Assembly (NCBI GenBank): GCA_965223345.1
Contig: CBDCWG010000007.1
Span: forward strand, 256,001 to 320,000
Origin: Nitrospinales bacterium
Lineage (GTDB): Bacteria; Nitrospinota; Nitrospinia; Nitrospinales; VA-1
DNA length: 64,000 nucleotides
Direction of reading: 5' to 3'
A program made the position numbers and the translations under genes. Below, in pieces: positions 30,704 through 44,421 of the stretch. A model generated the notes under the pieces. It was not told the origin of the DNA. It worked only from the letters and a program-made list of their open reading frames with translations, and ran no database searches. Numbering within the stretch: position 1 is the stretch's first letter; every line of letters starts with the position of its first letter.

Positions 30704-31969
30704 TCATTGGGTTTGAGGCCGGCTCACCGGGGTCAACCGGGACCGCACCCAGGCAAATCCATATTGGTCGTTGATGAACGTGATCGTTCCGTTTTTCTCC
30801 AGCTTGGGGAGCTTGTGGCCGTTTTCCTGCAGGAAGGAAACGCGCACGGCCTGCGTGTCTTTCTGGCGCGAATCGAAGGTGTAAAAATGCACGCGGTCGG
30901 GCAGGTTGTCCCAGTAGCGCGTGTCCGCGCGGGTGCGGGTGCGGTTGGCCACCGCCTGCTGTCCCAGACCCACCAGACCGACGATGCCGGCGACGATGGC
31001 GACGGCTCCGGCGTCGTCGCCGAACCGCGGCGCCATCGCCAGTGCGTTCAGCGAAACGTCGGTGAGCGCGCGGCCCATGGTCTCGTTGGTCTCCTTGAAT
31101 TTGGCTTTGCCTTCTAAAATGCGGTCCACTTCGCGGCCGCCGCGCGTGCTGGCCTGCCAGTAGATGTCCTCCATCGGATAGCCGTTGAACACCGATCCGC
31201 CGATTTCAAACTGCGCTTTGTCGTCGGTGTGCAGGAACCCGCGCTGAAACACCAGCTCGGATCGGCTGCGGCCGACGGCGACCTTGCGCGGCGAGCTGCC
31301 GGTCTCGGCGATCAAGAGCACGTTGTGGTTGGGCTCCGGCGGGTTGAAATCCGGCCTGAGCTGTTTGACCTCGCGGAACGCTTCTTCGGCCAGGCCCTTG
31401 TCGCCCAACATTTTGGAGGCCCAGCCTTCCAGAAACACCAGCATGGCAAAATCGGCGCGGTAGATTTCCTCTTCCGCCATCGCGTCCTGCAACAGGCCGC
31501 CCTTGAATGAAGCGCGGGCGTTCTCGAAGTCGCCGCGGCGCATGTACAGCAGGCCGCGGTAGTAGTAGGCCATCGCCCGCTCGTAGGGCTCGCCCTTGAA
31601 CACCTTGCGTCCTTCCTCGTGCCAGAGGCTGCGCGCCTTGGCCGCTTCGGCGTCGTTGGCGTACACCGCCTCGATGTTGAGCAGCGCGATGTCGAAGGAA
31701 TCCTCGGCGAGCTTCCAGTGCCCCAGCTCCATGGCCGCAAGGCCGATGCGCATGTGGTTCAGCACCAGGTTGCGCCGCCCTTCCATGAGGACGCGGCGGT
31801 ACATCGGATGCAGCTCTTCCGGCTTGTCGGCCAGGTAGGCCCGCATCTCGGGCTCGGGAACCTGGATGATCTTGTAGTCCGGCCCGGCGGCGCAGGCGGA
31901 AAACAGGATCCACAGCCCCAGCCACAGCAGTCTGGTGCGCATCGAACGGATCAAGGAGAACCTCGGCAT
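30704..31969 (-). CDS. TPR-containing lipoprotein (COG3014-like)
   Basis: Lipobox FSAC; FKGEPYERAMAYYYRGLLY and ADTRYWDNLP motifs; operonic with ycfL-like and lpoB-like genes. Confidence 0.75.
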   Translation of the reverse strand: MPRFSLIRSMRTRLLWLGLWILFSACAAGPDYKIIQVPEPEMRAYLADKPEELHPMYRRVLMEGRRNLVLNHMRIGLAAMELGHWKLAEDSFDIALLNIEAVYANDAEAAKARSLWHEEGRKVFKGEPYERAMAYYYRGLLYMRRGDFENARASFKGGLLQDAMAEEEIYRADFAMLVFLEGWASKMLGDKGLAEEAFREVKQLRPDFNPPEPNHNVLLIAETGSSPRKVAVGRSRSELVFQRGFLHTDDKAQFEIGGSVFNGYPMEDIYWQASTRGGREVDRILEGKAKFKETNETMGRALTDVSLNALAMAPRFGDDAGAVAIVAGIVGLVGLGQQAVANRTRTRADTRYWDNLPDRVHFYTFDSRQKDTQAVRVSFLQENGHKLPKLEKNGTITFINDQYGFAWVRSRLTPVSRPQTQ

Positions 31970-31995
31970 TGTGATACGGCGTTCAAAAAATCAGT

Positions 31996-32667
31996 TCAAC
32001 GGTAAATGATGTCGTCCTGGGCGGACTTTTTGAAATCGTAGATCCCGCTCCAGGAAATCCTGCCGGATTCCAGATCGATCATCTCGAAGATGATCTGGTG
32101 CGTCCGCGACGCAAATCCGGTGGGCGTGACCGCATCGATGGTGGTGATGCGGCCGCCGAGGCGGAAATCGCCACCCAGCGTGGACTCGCGGTGCGCGATG
32201 GTCCCCGCATCGACGACGGGCGCTCCCTTGTCGGTGCCGCTGCGCTTGAGGGCGCGTTCGCGCTCGACCATGTCGGAATAATGCCGCCCGACGAAGATCA
32301 TGCGTCCCTGCGCGGCGCGGTTCAACTCGACGCGCAGCCGGTCGGTGATGATGTTCTTATTGATGCGCGTGGAGCCCTCGTTGCGGAAGTATTCCGAATC
32401 GATGATCACACGCGGCGGGGTGTTCCGGCCGGAAAGCACCGGCGTGCCGAGCATGTCGCCGACCATTTTGTCGGTCATGCTGGCGACGTCCTGGGATTCG
32501 ATGCCGATGCCCTGCACGCGTCCCGGCGAGTCTACGTCTTCATAGACGGTGGGGCGTCCGGGGGCGCTTTCGGCGCCCGGGCCGGGAACGTAGGGAGGCG
32601 GCGTCGAGCATCCCGCCCAGATAAAGCCTTGAATCGCAATCAAAAACAGTCCTGCCGCTTTTTTCAT
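31996..32667 (-). CDS. LpoB-like (penicillin-binding protein activator) lipoprotein
   Basis: Lipobox WAGC; D...M...M..DML, N.....I....ITD.L...L, DFRLGGRI, MIDLESGRISW. Confidence 0.7.
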   Translation of the reverse strand: MKKAAGLFLIAIQGFIWAGCSTPPPYVPGPGAESAPGRPTVYEDVDSPGRVQGIGIESQDVASMTDKMVGDMLGTPVLSGRNTPPRVIIDSEYFRNEGSTRINKNIITDRLRVELNRAAQGRMIFVGRHYSDMVERERALKRSGTDKGAPVVDAGTIAHRESTLGGDFRLGGRITTIDAVTPTGFASRTHQIIFEMIDLESGRISWSGIYDFKKSAQDDIIYR

Positions 32668-32890
32668 ATCCTCGTCTCCAGGCAATCCCACTCAGGTTAT
32701 CGATCTTGCCATAATCCTTAATTTTCAATATCGGTCCGTTGTCCGAACCCCGCAATCCCCTCTATTATAATCAAAAATACATTCATATTTATATGAATTA
32801 ATTAGCTGACCGCATTTTTTCCCGTTTGTCAATGTCCGCAGGCCGCCCTCAATGTGATGGATGCGGGAAAAGGGCGTAAAACAAATGCAA

Positions 32891-36631
<3,741 letters not shown>

Positions 36632-36742
36632 GCCTGAAATTATAAGACAATCCGGCGATCGGTATCCGAATTAAGAGCACAGGCCTGCGGCAAACAACAC
36701 AATAAATGGAAAGAAAGGGTGAAAAGGTGTGGGGTCGGACTG

Positions 36743-37732
36743 TTAAGGACGGGAGCCGTTCAGCACATCGAGGGTCAATCCCTCCTGCGCGAGCAGCATT
36801 TCCAGCCGGGAATCGGGGGCGATGGGTTTGATGTATTTCTGCGATTGATGGAAGATATCCACCAGTTTGAAGTCGCTGTAGTTGGGTTCGTGGTGATAAA
36901 ACGCGATCTGCTTGACGTTGGCGTCCACGGCCAGATCCACGCCGATGAAGGTGGAGCTGTGGCCCCAGTCGGCTTTTTCCAGGCCTTCGCCGAAGGTGTA
37001 CATGGAATCGAATATCAAAAGGTCGGCGTCGCGGAAAAATTCGATGGTCGGTTGCAGCTCTTTAGCGTTCAGGTTTTTGTATTCCGCATCGGTGGCGTAG
37101 ATGACCGATTTGTCCCGGTACTCCACCCGGTAGGAAAACGATTTGCCCGGATGGCACATTTCCTTCCAGCGCACGGTGACCTCCCCGAGTTTCAATTCCT
37201 GGACCTCGCTCAGATCCGGAAACTCCAGTGTGGCGGAATACGCGTCGAAGGGAACCGGGAAATACTCGTGAACCTGCTGGCCTTCCAGCCTTTCCTTGAG
37301 GTTGCCGAAGGGGCAGTTCAGGGTGAAGTGGTTGCCCTTGATGTAAAACGGGGTGAAAAACGGCAGCCCCTGGATGTGATCCCAGTGGGTGTGGGAAAAG
37401 AAAATGTGCGCCGATCCCAGCCCTTTACCGAACACGCCTTTCATCATTTCCAATCCCAGCAGGCGGATGCCGGTTCCCGCGTCGAAGACGAGCGTCTCGC
37501 CGCCCACTTCCACCTGCACGCAGGAGGAATTGCCGCCGAAACAGCCGCGGATTTCCACCGGCAGACTGGCGATGAAGCTTTGAATCGAAGCGGGATTGAG
37601 CAGGTCCTCGGGCGTCGCCTGTTCCAGGGCCCGGGTCAGCTTTTCCTCGATCTGCTCTGTGGAGGGCGGTGTGGGGATGGAACCGCGGACACCGCGAAAC
37701 GTGACGTTGAATGAATTGTTGTCGGATGCCAT
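36743..37732 (-). CDS. MBL-fold metallo-hydrolase
   Basis: GVRGSIPTP, GGNSSC, DAGTGIR, SHTHWDHIQGLPFF, WGHSS, HHEP. Confidence 0.9.
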   Translation of the reverse strand: MASDNNSFNVTFRGVRGSIPTPPSTEQIEEKLTRALEQATPEDLLNPASIQSFIASLPVEIRGCFGGNSSCVQVEVGGETLVFDAGTGIRLLGLEMMKGVFGKGLGSAHIFFSHTHWDHIQGLPFFTPFYIKGNHFTLNCPFGNLKERLEGQQVHEYFPVPFDAYSATLEFPDLSEVQELKLGEVTVRWKEMCHPGKSFSYRVEYRDKSVIYATDAEYKNLNAKELQPTIEFFRDADLLIFDSMYTFGEGLEKADWGHSSTFIGVDLAVDANVKQIAFYHHEPNYSDFKLVDIFHQSQKYIKPIAPDSRLEMLLAQEGLTLDVLNGSRP

Positions 37733-37751
37733 TGCAGGAGTCTCGTTGCGG

Positions 37752-38609
37752 TCACGCTTTCATGGAGCTTTCGGTCTGGCGCAGGTTTTCCAGCGGACGG
37801 GCGACGATGGCGTCGAGCTCCTCGGGCGAAACCTGCAGCACCTCGTAAACGACGGGGTCCAGATCGACCTCGATGATCGGCACCAGCCCATGATCGATGC
37901 CGTTCACGTTGGCGATCTGGTTGGCGATGTTCACCACTTTCTGGATGGTCAGCCGCGATCCGTCGTTCTTGAGCGGCAAATGATGCTCTTTCACCGCGCG
38001 AACGACCACCGGGGAGACCGGCCATTGATGATGAATGAACCGCGCGCCCAGTTCGGCGTGTCCGATGCCGAAGGTTTCGATCTCCTGGATTTCCAGCAGA
38101 GACGAGTCTTTATCGAGGTCTTTGGCGAACTTGCTGTACTCCTCCGTGATGAGAAAATCGAAAACCAGGATTCCCAGATCGTGCATCAGTCCGCAGACAT
38201 AGCTTTCCTCCAGTTCTTCCCCGGACAGGCCCGTGTTTTCGGCCAGGCATTGCGACAGGCACGCCACAGCCAGGGAATGCTTCCAGAAGCGGATCTGGTT
38301 GAAGGCTTTCGGCTTTTTGAACATGGAGGGCAACTGCAGGGTGTAGGCCAGATCCAGCACCATTTTGATGCCCAGCCGGAGGATCGTGGTCGAAAGGTCC
38401 TTGGCCTGCTCGCGCCCGCCCCCGAACAGCACGCTGTTGGCCATCTTGATGAGCCGGCCCGACAAAACGGGTTCCGTTTCGATCAATGCGGCGATGGCTT
38501 CGATGTCGCTTTCGGGATCGTTGATGAGTTTTTCGAGCCTGAGGAGGATGTCCGGCAGCGGAGGCAGGTCCCCCTTTTCCTTCACCAGACTCAGGATTTT
38601 GTCTCGCAT
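37752..38609 (-). CDS. HDOD-domain signal transduction protein
   Basis: LPPLP, L...ANS, FWKHSLAVA, GLMHDLG, GIGHAELGA. Confidence 0.92.
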   Translation of the reverse strand: MRDKILSLVKEKGDLPPLPDILLRLEKLINDPESDIEAIAALIETEPVLSGRLIKMANSVLFGGGREQAKDLSTTILRLGIKMVLDLAYTLQLPSMFKKPKAFNQIRFWKHSLAVACLSQCLAENTGLSGEELEESYVCGLMHDLGILVFDFLITEEYSKFAKDLDKDSSLLEIQEIETFGIGHAELGARFIHHQWPVSPVVVRAVKEHHLPLKNDGSRLTIQKVVNIANQIANVNGIDHGLVPIIEVDLDPVVYEVLQVSPEELDAIVARPLENLRQTESSMKA

Positions 38610-38925
38610 GGGCGCCCTTTTCTTCGCACAGCTGGGGTGCGGTTTATAGCAAATTCACTGTAAAAGTATATTATAACTCTAACTCCTTTATAGTCAACTG
38701 GTTAAAAAAAGGGCGCTTGCGGCGTTTTGTCTAAAAGGAGGCGGGTTTGGAGTAAAAAACCGTGATTTTTATTGGATTTTCCCCCTATTTGGGCCTAAAA
38801 TACACCCCCACAATCACTGCAAAGGAATTCACGAACCGCATTCTTCAGGATGCATCGGGGCCGGTGAATCGGACAGGGAGTTCTCATATGCTCCCACTCT
38901 CTTTGGCCCCTATCGGGGGTCGGTC

Positions 38926-39954
38926 ATGCAATCGGCGGCAAACGTTTCCAATCCAGACGCAGTTCACCGTTTTATTCCTGTCATCCTTTTGGGCATCGCG
39001 GTTTTTGCGATTTCCACCGGCTGCGCTTCGCCCAAGGTTCACATCCACAAGCAATGGCCGCCGCTCAAAACCGAACAGCAAACCGCGCCCCTGACCGACC
39101 CGCAGAAAGCGCCGATCCGTCTGGCGGCGCTGGATCCGGCTTCCGCCCTGGCGCATGCGACCGACAAACCGTCTGCGGTGCAACCCGCGCCGCCGGTAAC
39201 AAAGAAAACCTTCCTGGCTAAAAAAACGGCCGTCCGCAAAGCCCACAGCAAGGTCAAAAAAGCCAAAGCGCTCAAAAGGAAAACCGCCCTGAAGCGGAAA
39301 AAAGCCCCCCGGTCGCTGCCGCTGGGCAGTGCGCCCTACCGCGTTTTCGGCGTCAAGTATTACCCGATGCTGAGCGCCGAAGGGTTCGATGAGGAAGGCC
39401 TTGCGTCCTGGTACGGTCTCAAGTTTCACGGCCGGCGCACCTCCAACCGGGAGGTGTACGACATGAACGGCATGACGGCGGCGCACAAGACCCTGCCGTT
39501 CGGCACGCATGTCAAGGTGATCAACCTGGAAAACAACCTGAGCGTCGTCGTGCGCATCAACGACCGGGGGCCGTTCGTGGGCGATAGGCTCATCGATCTG
39601 AGCTACGCGGCGGCGCAGAAACTGAAGATGTCGAAAAAGGGACTCGCGCCGGTGCGCGTCATCGCCCTGGCCGATACCGACCTGCCAACGAAGCAGACCG
39701 CTCCCGCGAAACCGCGCTACGCGGTTCAGGTCGCCGTGTTCAAAGACCTGGAAAATGCCCACCAACTGAAACGGAAACTTGAAAACAAAAAGATCCAAGC
39801 CTATAGTGTTAAAGGGTCCCGCAATGTCCGCGTTCTGGCGGGGAAATATTCCGATTTCAACCCGGCCTATCAGCTGCAGAAAAAAATCCGGAAACTGGGT
39901 TACTCGGACGCTCTCATCGTGGTCAATCGCATACAGGGACTCAGCGCCCCCTGA
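38926..39954 (+). CDS. rlpA: Septal ring lytic transglycosylase RlpA-family lipoprotein with SPOR domain
   Basis: STGC lipobox; GLASWYG..FHGRRTSN.E.YDM..MTAAHKTLP, RINDRGPF, IDLS; C-terminal YAVQVAVF. Confidence 0.9.
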   Translation: MQSAANVSNPDAVHRFIPVILLGIAVFAISTGCASPKVHIHKQWPPLKTEQQTAPLTDPQKAPIRLAALDPASALAHATDKPSAVQPAPPVTKKTFLAKKTAVRKAHSKVKKAKALKRKTALKRKKAPRSLPLGSAPYRVFGVKYYPMLSAEGFDEEGLASWYGLKFHGRRTSNREVYDMNGMTAAHKTLPFGTHVKVINLENNLSVVVRINDRGPFVGDRLIDLSYAAAQKLKMSKKGLAPVRVIALADTDLPTKQTAPAKPRYAVQVAVFKDLENAHQLKRKLENKKIQAYSVKGSRNVRVLAGKYSDFNPAYQLQKKIRKLGYSDALIVVNRIQGLSAP

Positions 39955-40044
39955 GAACATCCAGGAACACTCAAGGAACCGTTTCCGATCGATCCTCAAT
40001 TCCCGAACAAACCTTAAAACCGGACGTTGACCGGAGAAAATTGT

Positions 40045-40527
40045 ATGAGATTACCGATTTTGGAAAAACTGGAACAGGAGTTGGAGAACACCAAAGTCGA
40101 ACTGAAAGTCGATATCCCACATGCGCTGAAGGTGGCCCGCGAACACGGGGATCTGAGCGAAAACGCAGAGTACAAGGCCGCCAAGGAACGGCAGATGTTT
40201 CTGGAAAGCCGCCTGTCGCAATTGCAGAAACGCATCAGCGACATCACCGCCCTCAACATCGACCGTCTGCCGCGGGACCGGTCGGGGCTGGGAAGTTCCG
40301 TGCTGCTGAAAGATCTGGATTCGGGGGATGAAACCCAATATCATCTGGTGTTTCCGGAAGAGGTCAATCCGGAGGAAGGGAAGATTTCCACCGCCTCTCC
40401 GATCGGAAGAGCCCTCATGGGCAAACAGGAAGGGGACGAAGTCACCATCCCGCTGCCGGAAAACCGCAAAGAGTTTGAAGTCCTGCGCGTCGTCACCATC
40501 CATGAAAACACCCAGAACCTTGCCTGA
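40045..40527 (+). CDS. greA: Transcription elongation factor GreA/GreB family
   Basis: AREHGDLSENAEYKAAKE, ISTASPIGRALMG. Confidence 0.92.
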   Translation: MRLPILEKLEQELENTKVELKVDIPHALKVAREHGDLSENAEYKAAKERQMFLESRLSQLQKRISDITALNIDRLPRDRSGLGSSVLLKDLDSGDETQYHLVFPEEVNPEEGKISTASPIGRALMGKQEGDEVTIPLPENRKEFEVLRVVTIHENTQNLA

Positions 40528-40616
40528 AACGGCCGGGCGGTCCCCGTTGACCCGACGGCGCAGCGCCGGCGCTCACCGCTTCAGCCGCATGAAAAAAACG
40601 CAATCGGAAATCCAAG

Positions 40617-41249
40617 ATGGCCAAACCGCTCATATCGTTTGAGGAAATCGCCGAGCAGAGTCCTTATTTTCTGGATGTGGACCACAAGCCGGACTGGCCC
40701 TCGCTGTTTGAAAACGACCACCCGTTGAAACTGGAAATCGGTTTCGGCAACGGCAAGTTCCTTCTGGAGATGGCGATCCGCGAGCCGCAGTTCAATTTCA
40801 TCGGCATGGATTTCTACCACAAGGGCATCCGCAAGGTGATCACGCGCATCAACAAGCTGCAACTCGAAAACATCCGCATCGTCTACGGAGACGCGCGGGA
40901 AAAGGTGCCGCTGATGTTCGCGGAGCAGGAGCTGGAAACGATCTACATCAATTTCCCCGATCCGTGGCCGAAAAAGCGGCACTACAAGCGGCGTCTCATC
41001 AAGCCGCCCTTCGTGGACGCGCTGGCGAAGACACTGGCCGCAGGCGGCAATGTGCTGGTGGCGACGGACAGCGAGCCGTACGCGATGGAAATTCTGGAAT
41101 TTTTCGAGGCGCATGCGGATCTCAAGAATAAGATCGGCCCCGGCGTCTTTCGCGGCAGCCGCGGCGACATCCCGCAATCGAAATACGAACGGAATTTTCT
41201 CAAAGCCGGAGAAAAAATCTATTACCTGGAGTTCCTGAAAACCGCGTGA
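40617..41249 (+). CDS. trmB: tRNA (guanine46-N7)-methyltransferase
   Basis: LEIGFGNG, NFPDPWPKKRH.KRRL, ATD, SKYE. Confidence 0.95.
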   Translation: MAKPLISFEEIAEQSPYFLDVDHKPDWPSLFENDHPLKLEIGFGNGKFLLEMAIREPQFNFIGMDFYHKGIRKVITRINKLQLENIRIVYGDAREKVPLMFAEQELETIYINFPDPWPKKRHYKRRLIKPPFVDALAKTLAAGGNVLVATDSEPYAMEILEFFEAHADLKNKIGPGVFRGSRGDIPQSKYERNFLKAGEKIYYLEFLKTA

Positions 41250-41307
41250 AAGGTCCGTTCGGGCCAAATTTGCGTGATGCCATGCAACCCAACACTCGGA
41301 GGTCCCT

Positions 41308-43488
41308 TTGTCCGCGGAACGCATTCTGATCGTCGATGATGAAAAAAACATTGTCACCTCTCTCAAGGAAATTCTCACCGAAGAGGGGTTCGAGGTTTCG
41401 GTAGCGGGAGACGGGCTCGGTGCGCTGGAAATGATTCAGGCGGACCCGCCGGATCTGGTGCTGCTGGATATCTGGCTGCCCGGCATGGACGGCATCGAGG
41501 TGCTGAAAACCGTCAAAACCTATCACCCGGAGATCGAGGTTCTCATCATGTCCGGGCACGGCACCATCGACACCGCCGTCAAGGCGACCAAACTCGGCGC
41601 GCACGACTTCATCGAAAAACCGTTTTCGCTCGACCAGTTGACGCAATCGATTCACGGCGTGTTCCAGGACAAAAGCGCTCCGGCCGGAAACGGCGACCCC
41701 TACGACAAAAAAGACCTGCCCCTTTGTTTCGAAATGATGGTCGAGGTGAAAAAAGCCGCCCTGCAGGCAGCCACCAACAACAACCCGATCCTGGTTCTGG
41801 GTGAAAAGGGAACGGGAAAGGAATTCATCGCGCACGCGATCCACAGACGCAGCCCCAACAGCGACCGGCCCTTCGTTCAGCTCAACTGCGCCCTGCGCGG
41901 CGCCCAGGAAATCCAGGCGCATCTGTTCCCCCCCGCTCCCAAGAGCAAGGGGAAACGCAAACCGCTCGACGGCGAAACGGCGGAACGGGTGCTCTATCTC
42001 AGCAATATCGAAGCGCTGGATGTGAAAGTCCAGCAGCAGATCGCGGAAGCGCTTAAAAACGGCAAACCCGGAGAATTTCTTCCCGCGCGGCTGTTCGCTT
42101 CCTCTTCCAAGGACCTGAAGGCACTGGCGCGGGAGGGCAAATTCCACGCCCCGCTGCTCAAGATTTTCGCCGCCGCCACGGTGCGCATCCCTCCGCTCAG
42201 GGAGTACGCCGACATCATTCCGGCGATGGTGCGGGACTATTTTGAGGAATGCGCCCAGAAGGGCAAATTCAACGTTCCGGCCATCGATCCGGAGGCGCTG
42301 GAAGATCTGCGTCAATACAGCTGGCCGGAAAACGTCAAGGAGCTGCGTTCGGTTCTGGACAAGATCCTCGTGCTCGGCGCGACGCGGCAGCACATCCGGG
42401 CGCAGGATTTGCCGCCGGAAGTGCGGCGCGCACCGAAAGAGACGGAAACCGCCAACCCGGAAGGATTCGTGTCCTTTCAGGAAGCGGAGCAGATCTGGGA
42501 GAAAGGCTTCATCATCCATCATCTGCGCAAGAACAACTGGGATCTGGAAAAGACCTGCCTGAGCCTGAAAACCGACGTGAAGGATTTCAGGGAAAAAATG
42601 CAGCGGCACGCGATCCGCATTCCCGGCCAGCAGGCCCCGGGCTCTGCGCCCTCCCCCTCTCTGCAGCGGACCTTGAAGCGCAGCGTGGTCCTGTGCGGCA
42701 GCGGCCTGCATTCCGGCATCAAAACCGGCCTGATCCTGCAGCCTCTGCCTCCGGGAAGCGGCATCATCTTCGGGGACATCTCCACCGGGCAGACCATTCC
42801 CGCGCGGCTGGAAAACGTGCAGTCCACCGATTATTCCACCTGCCTCAAAAAAGGCCTGGTCTCGGTGGCCACGATCGAGCACATCATGGCGGTGCTGCAC
42901 ATGTACCGCATCACCAACCTGCTCATCAAAATCGGCGACGAGGTTCCGGTGATGGACGGCTCGGCGAAGGATTTCTGCGAGTTGATCGAGGACGGGGAAT
43001 TCGAGGAACAGGACGGGCTGTACGAGGAGATCGTCATCGACAAGACCCACACCTTCGGACCGCAAAAAGACGGCGGGCCCTTCATCTCGATCGAGCCCTC
43101 GGACAAGTTCAAGGTGAGCTATCACATGGAGTATCCCGATCCGATCGGGACGCTCGACTACACCTACGAGTTCAACGGCGAGACGAGCTTCAAGAAGGAG
43201 ATCGCCCCGGCGCGCACCTTCGGTTTCCTGCAGGATGTGGCGCAACTGACGAAAATGGGTTTCGCGACCGGCGGCAAGCTCGACAACTTCATCCTTCTGG
43301 GGGACGGCAAGGTCATCAACACGAAGCTCCGGTTCGATGACGAGTTCGTCCGCCACAAGATCCTCGATATACTGGGAGATTTTTATCTTCTGGGAAAACC
43401 CCTGCGCGGCCACATCAAAGCCCACAAATCCGGACACACCCAGAATGTGGGGCTGTTGAAGATCATCCAAGAACAGCTGGCGGCCTGA
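41308..43488 (+). CDS. lpxC: Fusion of an NtrX-like response regulator (REC, degenerate sigma54 AAA+, HTH) and UDP-3-O-acyl-GlcNAc deacetylase LpxC
   Basis: SD ggagg and TTG start; ILIVDDE, LLDIWLPGMDG, MSGHGTIDTAV, GEKGTGKE; from about 42661 QRTL...GSGLHSG, TIEHIM, EVPVMDGSA, EIAPARTFGF, RHKILDILGD, SGH. Confidence 0.93.
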   Translation: MSAERILIVDDEKNIVTSLKEILTEEGFEVSVAGDGLGALEMIQADPPDLVLLDIWLPGMDGIEVLKTVKTYHPEIEVLIMSGHGTIDTAVKATKLGAHDFIEKPFSLDQLTQSIHGVFQDKSAPAGNGDPYDKKDLPLCFEMMVEVKKAALQAATNNNPILVLGEKGTGKEFIAHAIHRRSPNSDRPFVQLNCALRGAQEIQAHLFPPAPKSKGKRKPLDGETAERVLYLSNIEALDVKVQQQIAEALKNGKPGEFLPARLFASSSKDLKALAREGKFHAPLLKIFAAATVRIPPLREYADIIPAMVRDYFEECAQKGKFNVPAIDPEALEDLRQYSWPENVKELRSVLDKILVLGATRQHIRAQDLPPEVRRAPKETETANPEGFVSFQEAEQIWEKGFIIHHLRKNNWDLEKTCLSLKTDVKDFREKMQRHAIRIPGQQAPGSAPSPSLQRTLKRSVVLCGSGLHSGIKTGLILQPLPPGSGIIFGDISTGQTIPARLENVQSTDYSTCLKKGLVSVATIEHIMAVLHMYRITNLLIKIGDEVPVMDGSAKDFCELIEDGEFEEQDGLYEEIVIDKTHTFGPQKDGGPFISIEPSDKFKVSYHMEYPDPIGTLDYTYEFNGETSFKKEIAPARTFGFLQDVAQLTKMGFATGGKLDNFILLGDGKVINTKLRFDDEFVRHKILDILGDFYLLGKPLRGHIKAHKSGHTQNVGLLKIIQEQLAA

Positions 43489-43773
43489 CCGGCCGGCGGC
43501 CAATCCTGTAGATCCTTTTTTTTCGGGGAGATAGTAAGATCCGCCTGCCTGGGAGGATTACGTTTGGCAGGCGGACCCAAAGAGGTGGAAATCAATTTCC
43601 AAAGATTAAGATCGCTTCGGCTCCCTTTTATTCCGTTAGGAATGGGGATTTTTTTTAGGGGTGCGCATCTCCTGCGCACGCGAGCCGGGAGCGGGCGGCG
43701 CCGCATTGATTCGCCCGCTTGAATAATGTTAAGCTCGAAAAATAAACGGTTCTCTAAATTTATGAACGGTTGA

Positions 43774-44394
43774 ATGGGATCGAATAAATTCAAGCTCGCA
43801 GTTCTGGTTTCCGGGCGCGGAACCAACCTTCAGGCGATCATCGATGCGATTGAAAACGAAGGGCTGCCCGCAAAAATCGCCCTCGTGTTGAGCAATGTGG
43901 AAGACGCGTACGCACTGGAGCGGGCGCAAAAGCACGGGATCGAGTCGCAGTTTCTGTCTCCGGCCCAGTTCGAGAGCCGCGAGGCGTATGATGAAGAAAT
44001 GATCGGGCTTTTGCAGGCGCGTTCGGTCGATCTGGTCTGTCTGGCGGGCTTCATGCGGATCCTGGGCAAGCGTTTCATCCAGGCGTTTCCGGAGAGAATC
44101 GTCAACATCCATCCCTCGCTGCTGCCGGCGTTTCAGGGCCTGAACCCGCAGAAAAACGCCCTGGACTACGGGGTCAAGTTTTCCGGCTGCACAGTGCATT
44201 TCGTCGATGAGGGCGTGGACAGCGGGCCGATCATCCTGCAGGCGGTGGTGCCGGTTTACGATTCGGACGACACCGAAAGCCTTTCCGAGCGGATCCTGGA
44301 GCAGGAGCATCTGCTGTATCCCAAGGCCATCCGCCTGATCCTGGAACAGCGCGTGCGTGTGACGGGAAGAAAAGTGATCCAGAAAACCCCCTAA
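43774..44394 (+). CDS. purN: Phosphoribosylglycinamide formyltransferase
   Basis: SGRGTNLQA, LAGFMRIL, NIHPSLLP, GCTVHFV..GVDSGPII. Confidence 0.97.
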   Translation: MGSNKFKLAVLVSGRGTNLQAIIDAIENEGLPAKIALVLSNVEDAYALERAQKHGIESQFLSPAQFESREAYDEEMIGLLQARSVDLVCLAGFMRILGKRFIQAFPERIVNIHPSLLPAFQGLNPQKNALDYGVKFSGCTVHFVDEGVDSGPIILQAVVPVYDSDDTESLSERILEQEHLLYPKAIRLILEQRVRVTGRKVIQKTP

Positions 44395-44421
44395 TCCTCC
44401 GGACGGAGGGAGCGAGACCCG

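Noticed and set aside
41760..42620. Functional sigma54-dependent activator
   Set aside because: The GAFTGA loop is absent and Walker B is degenerate.
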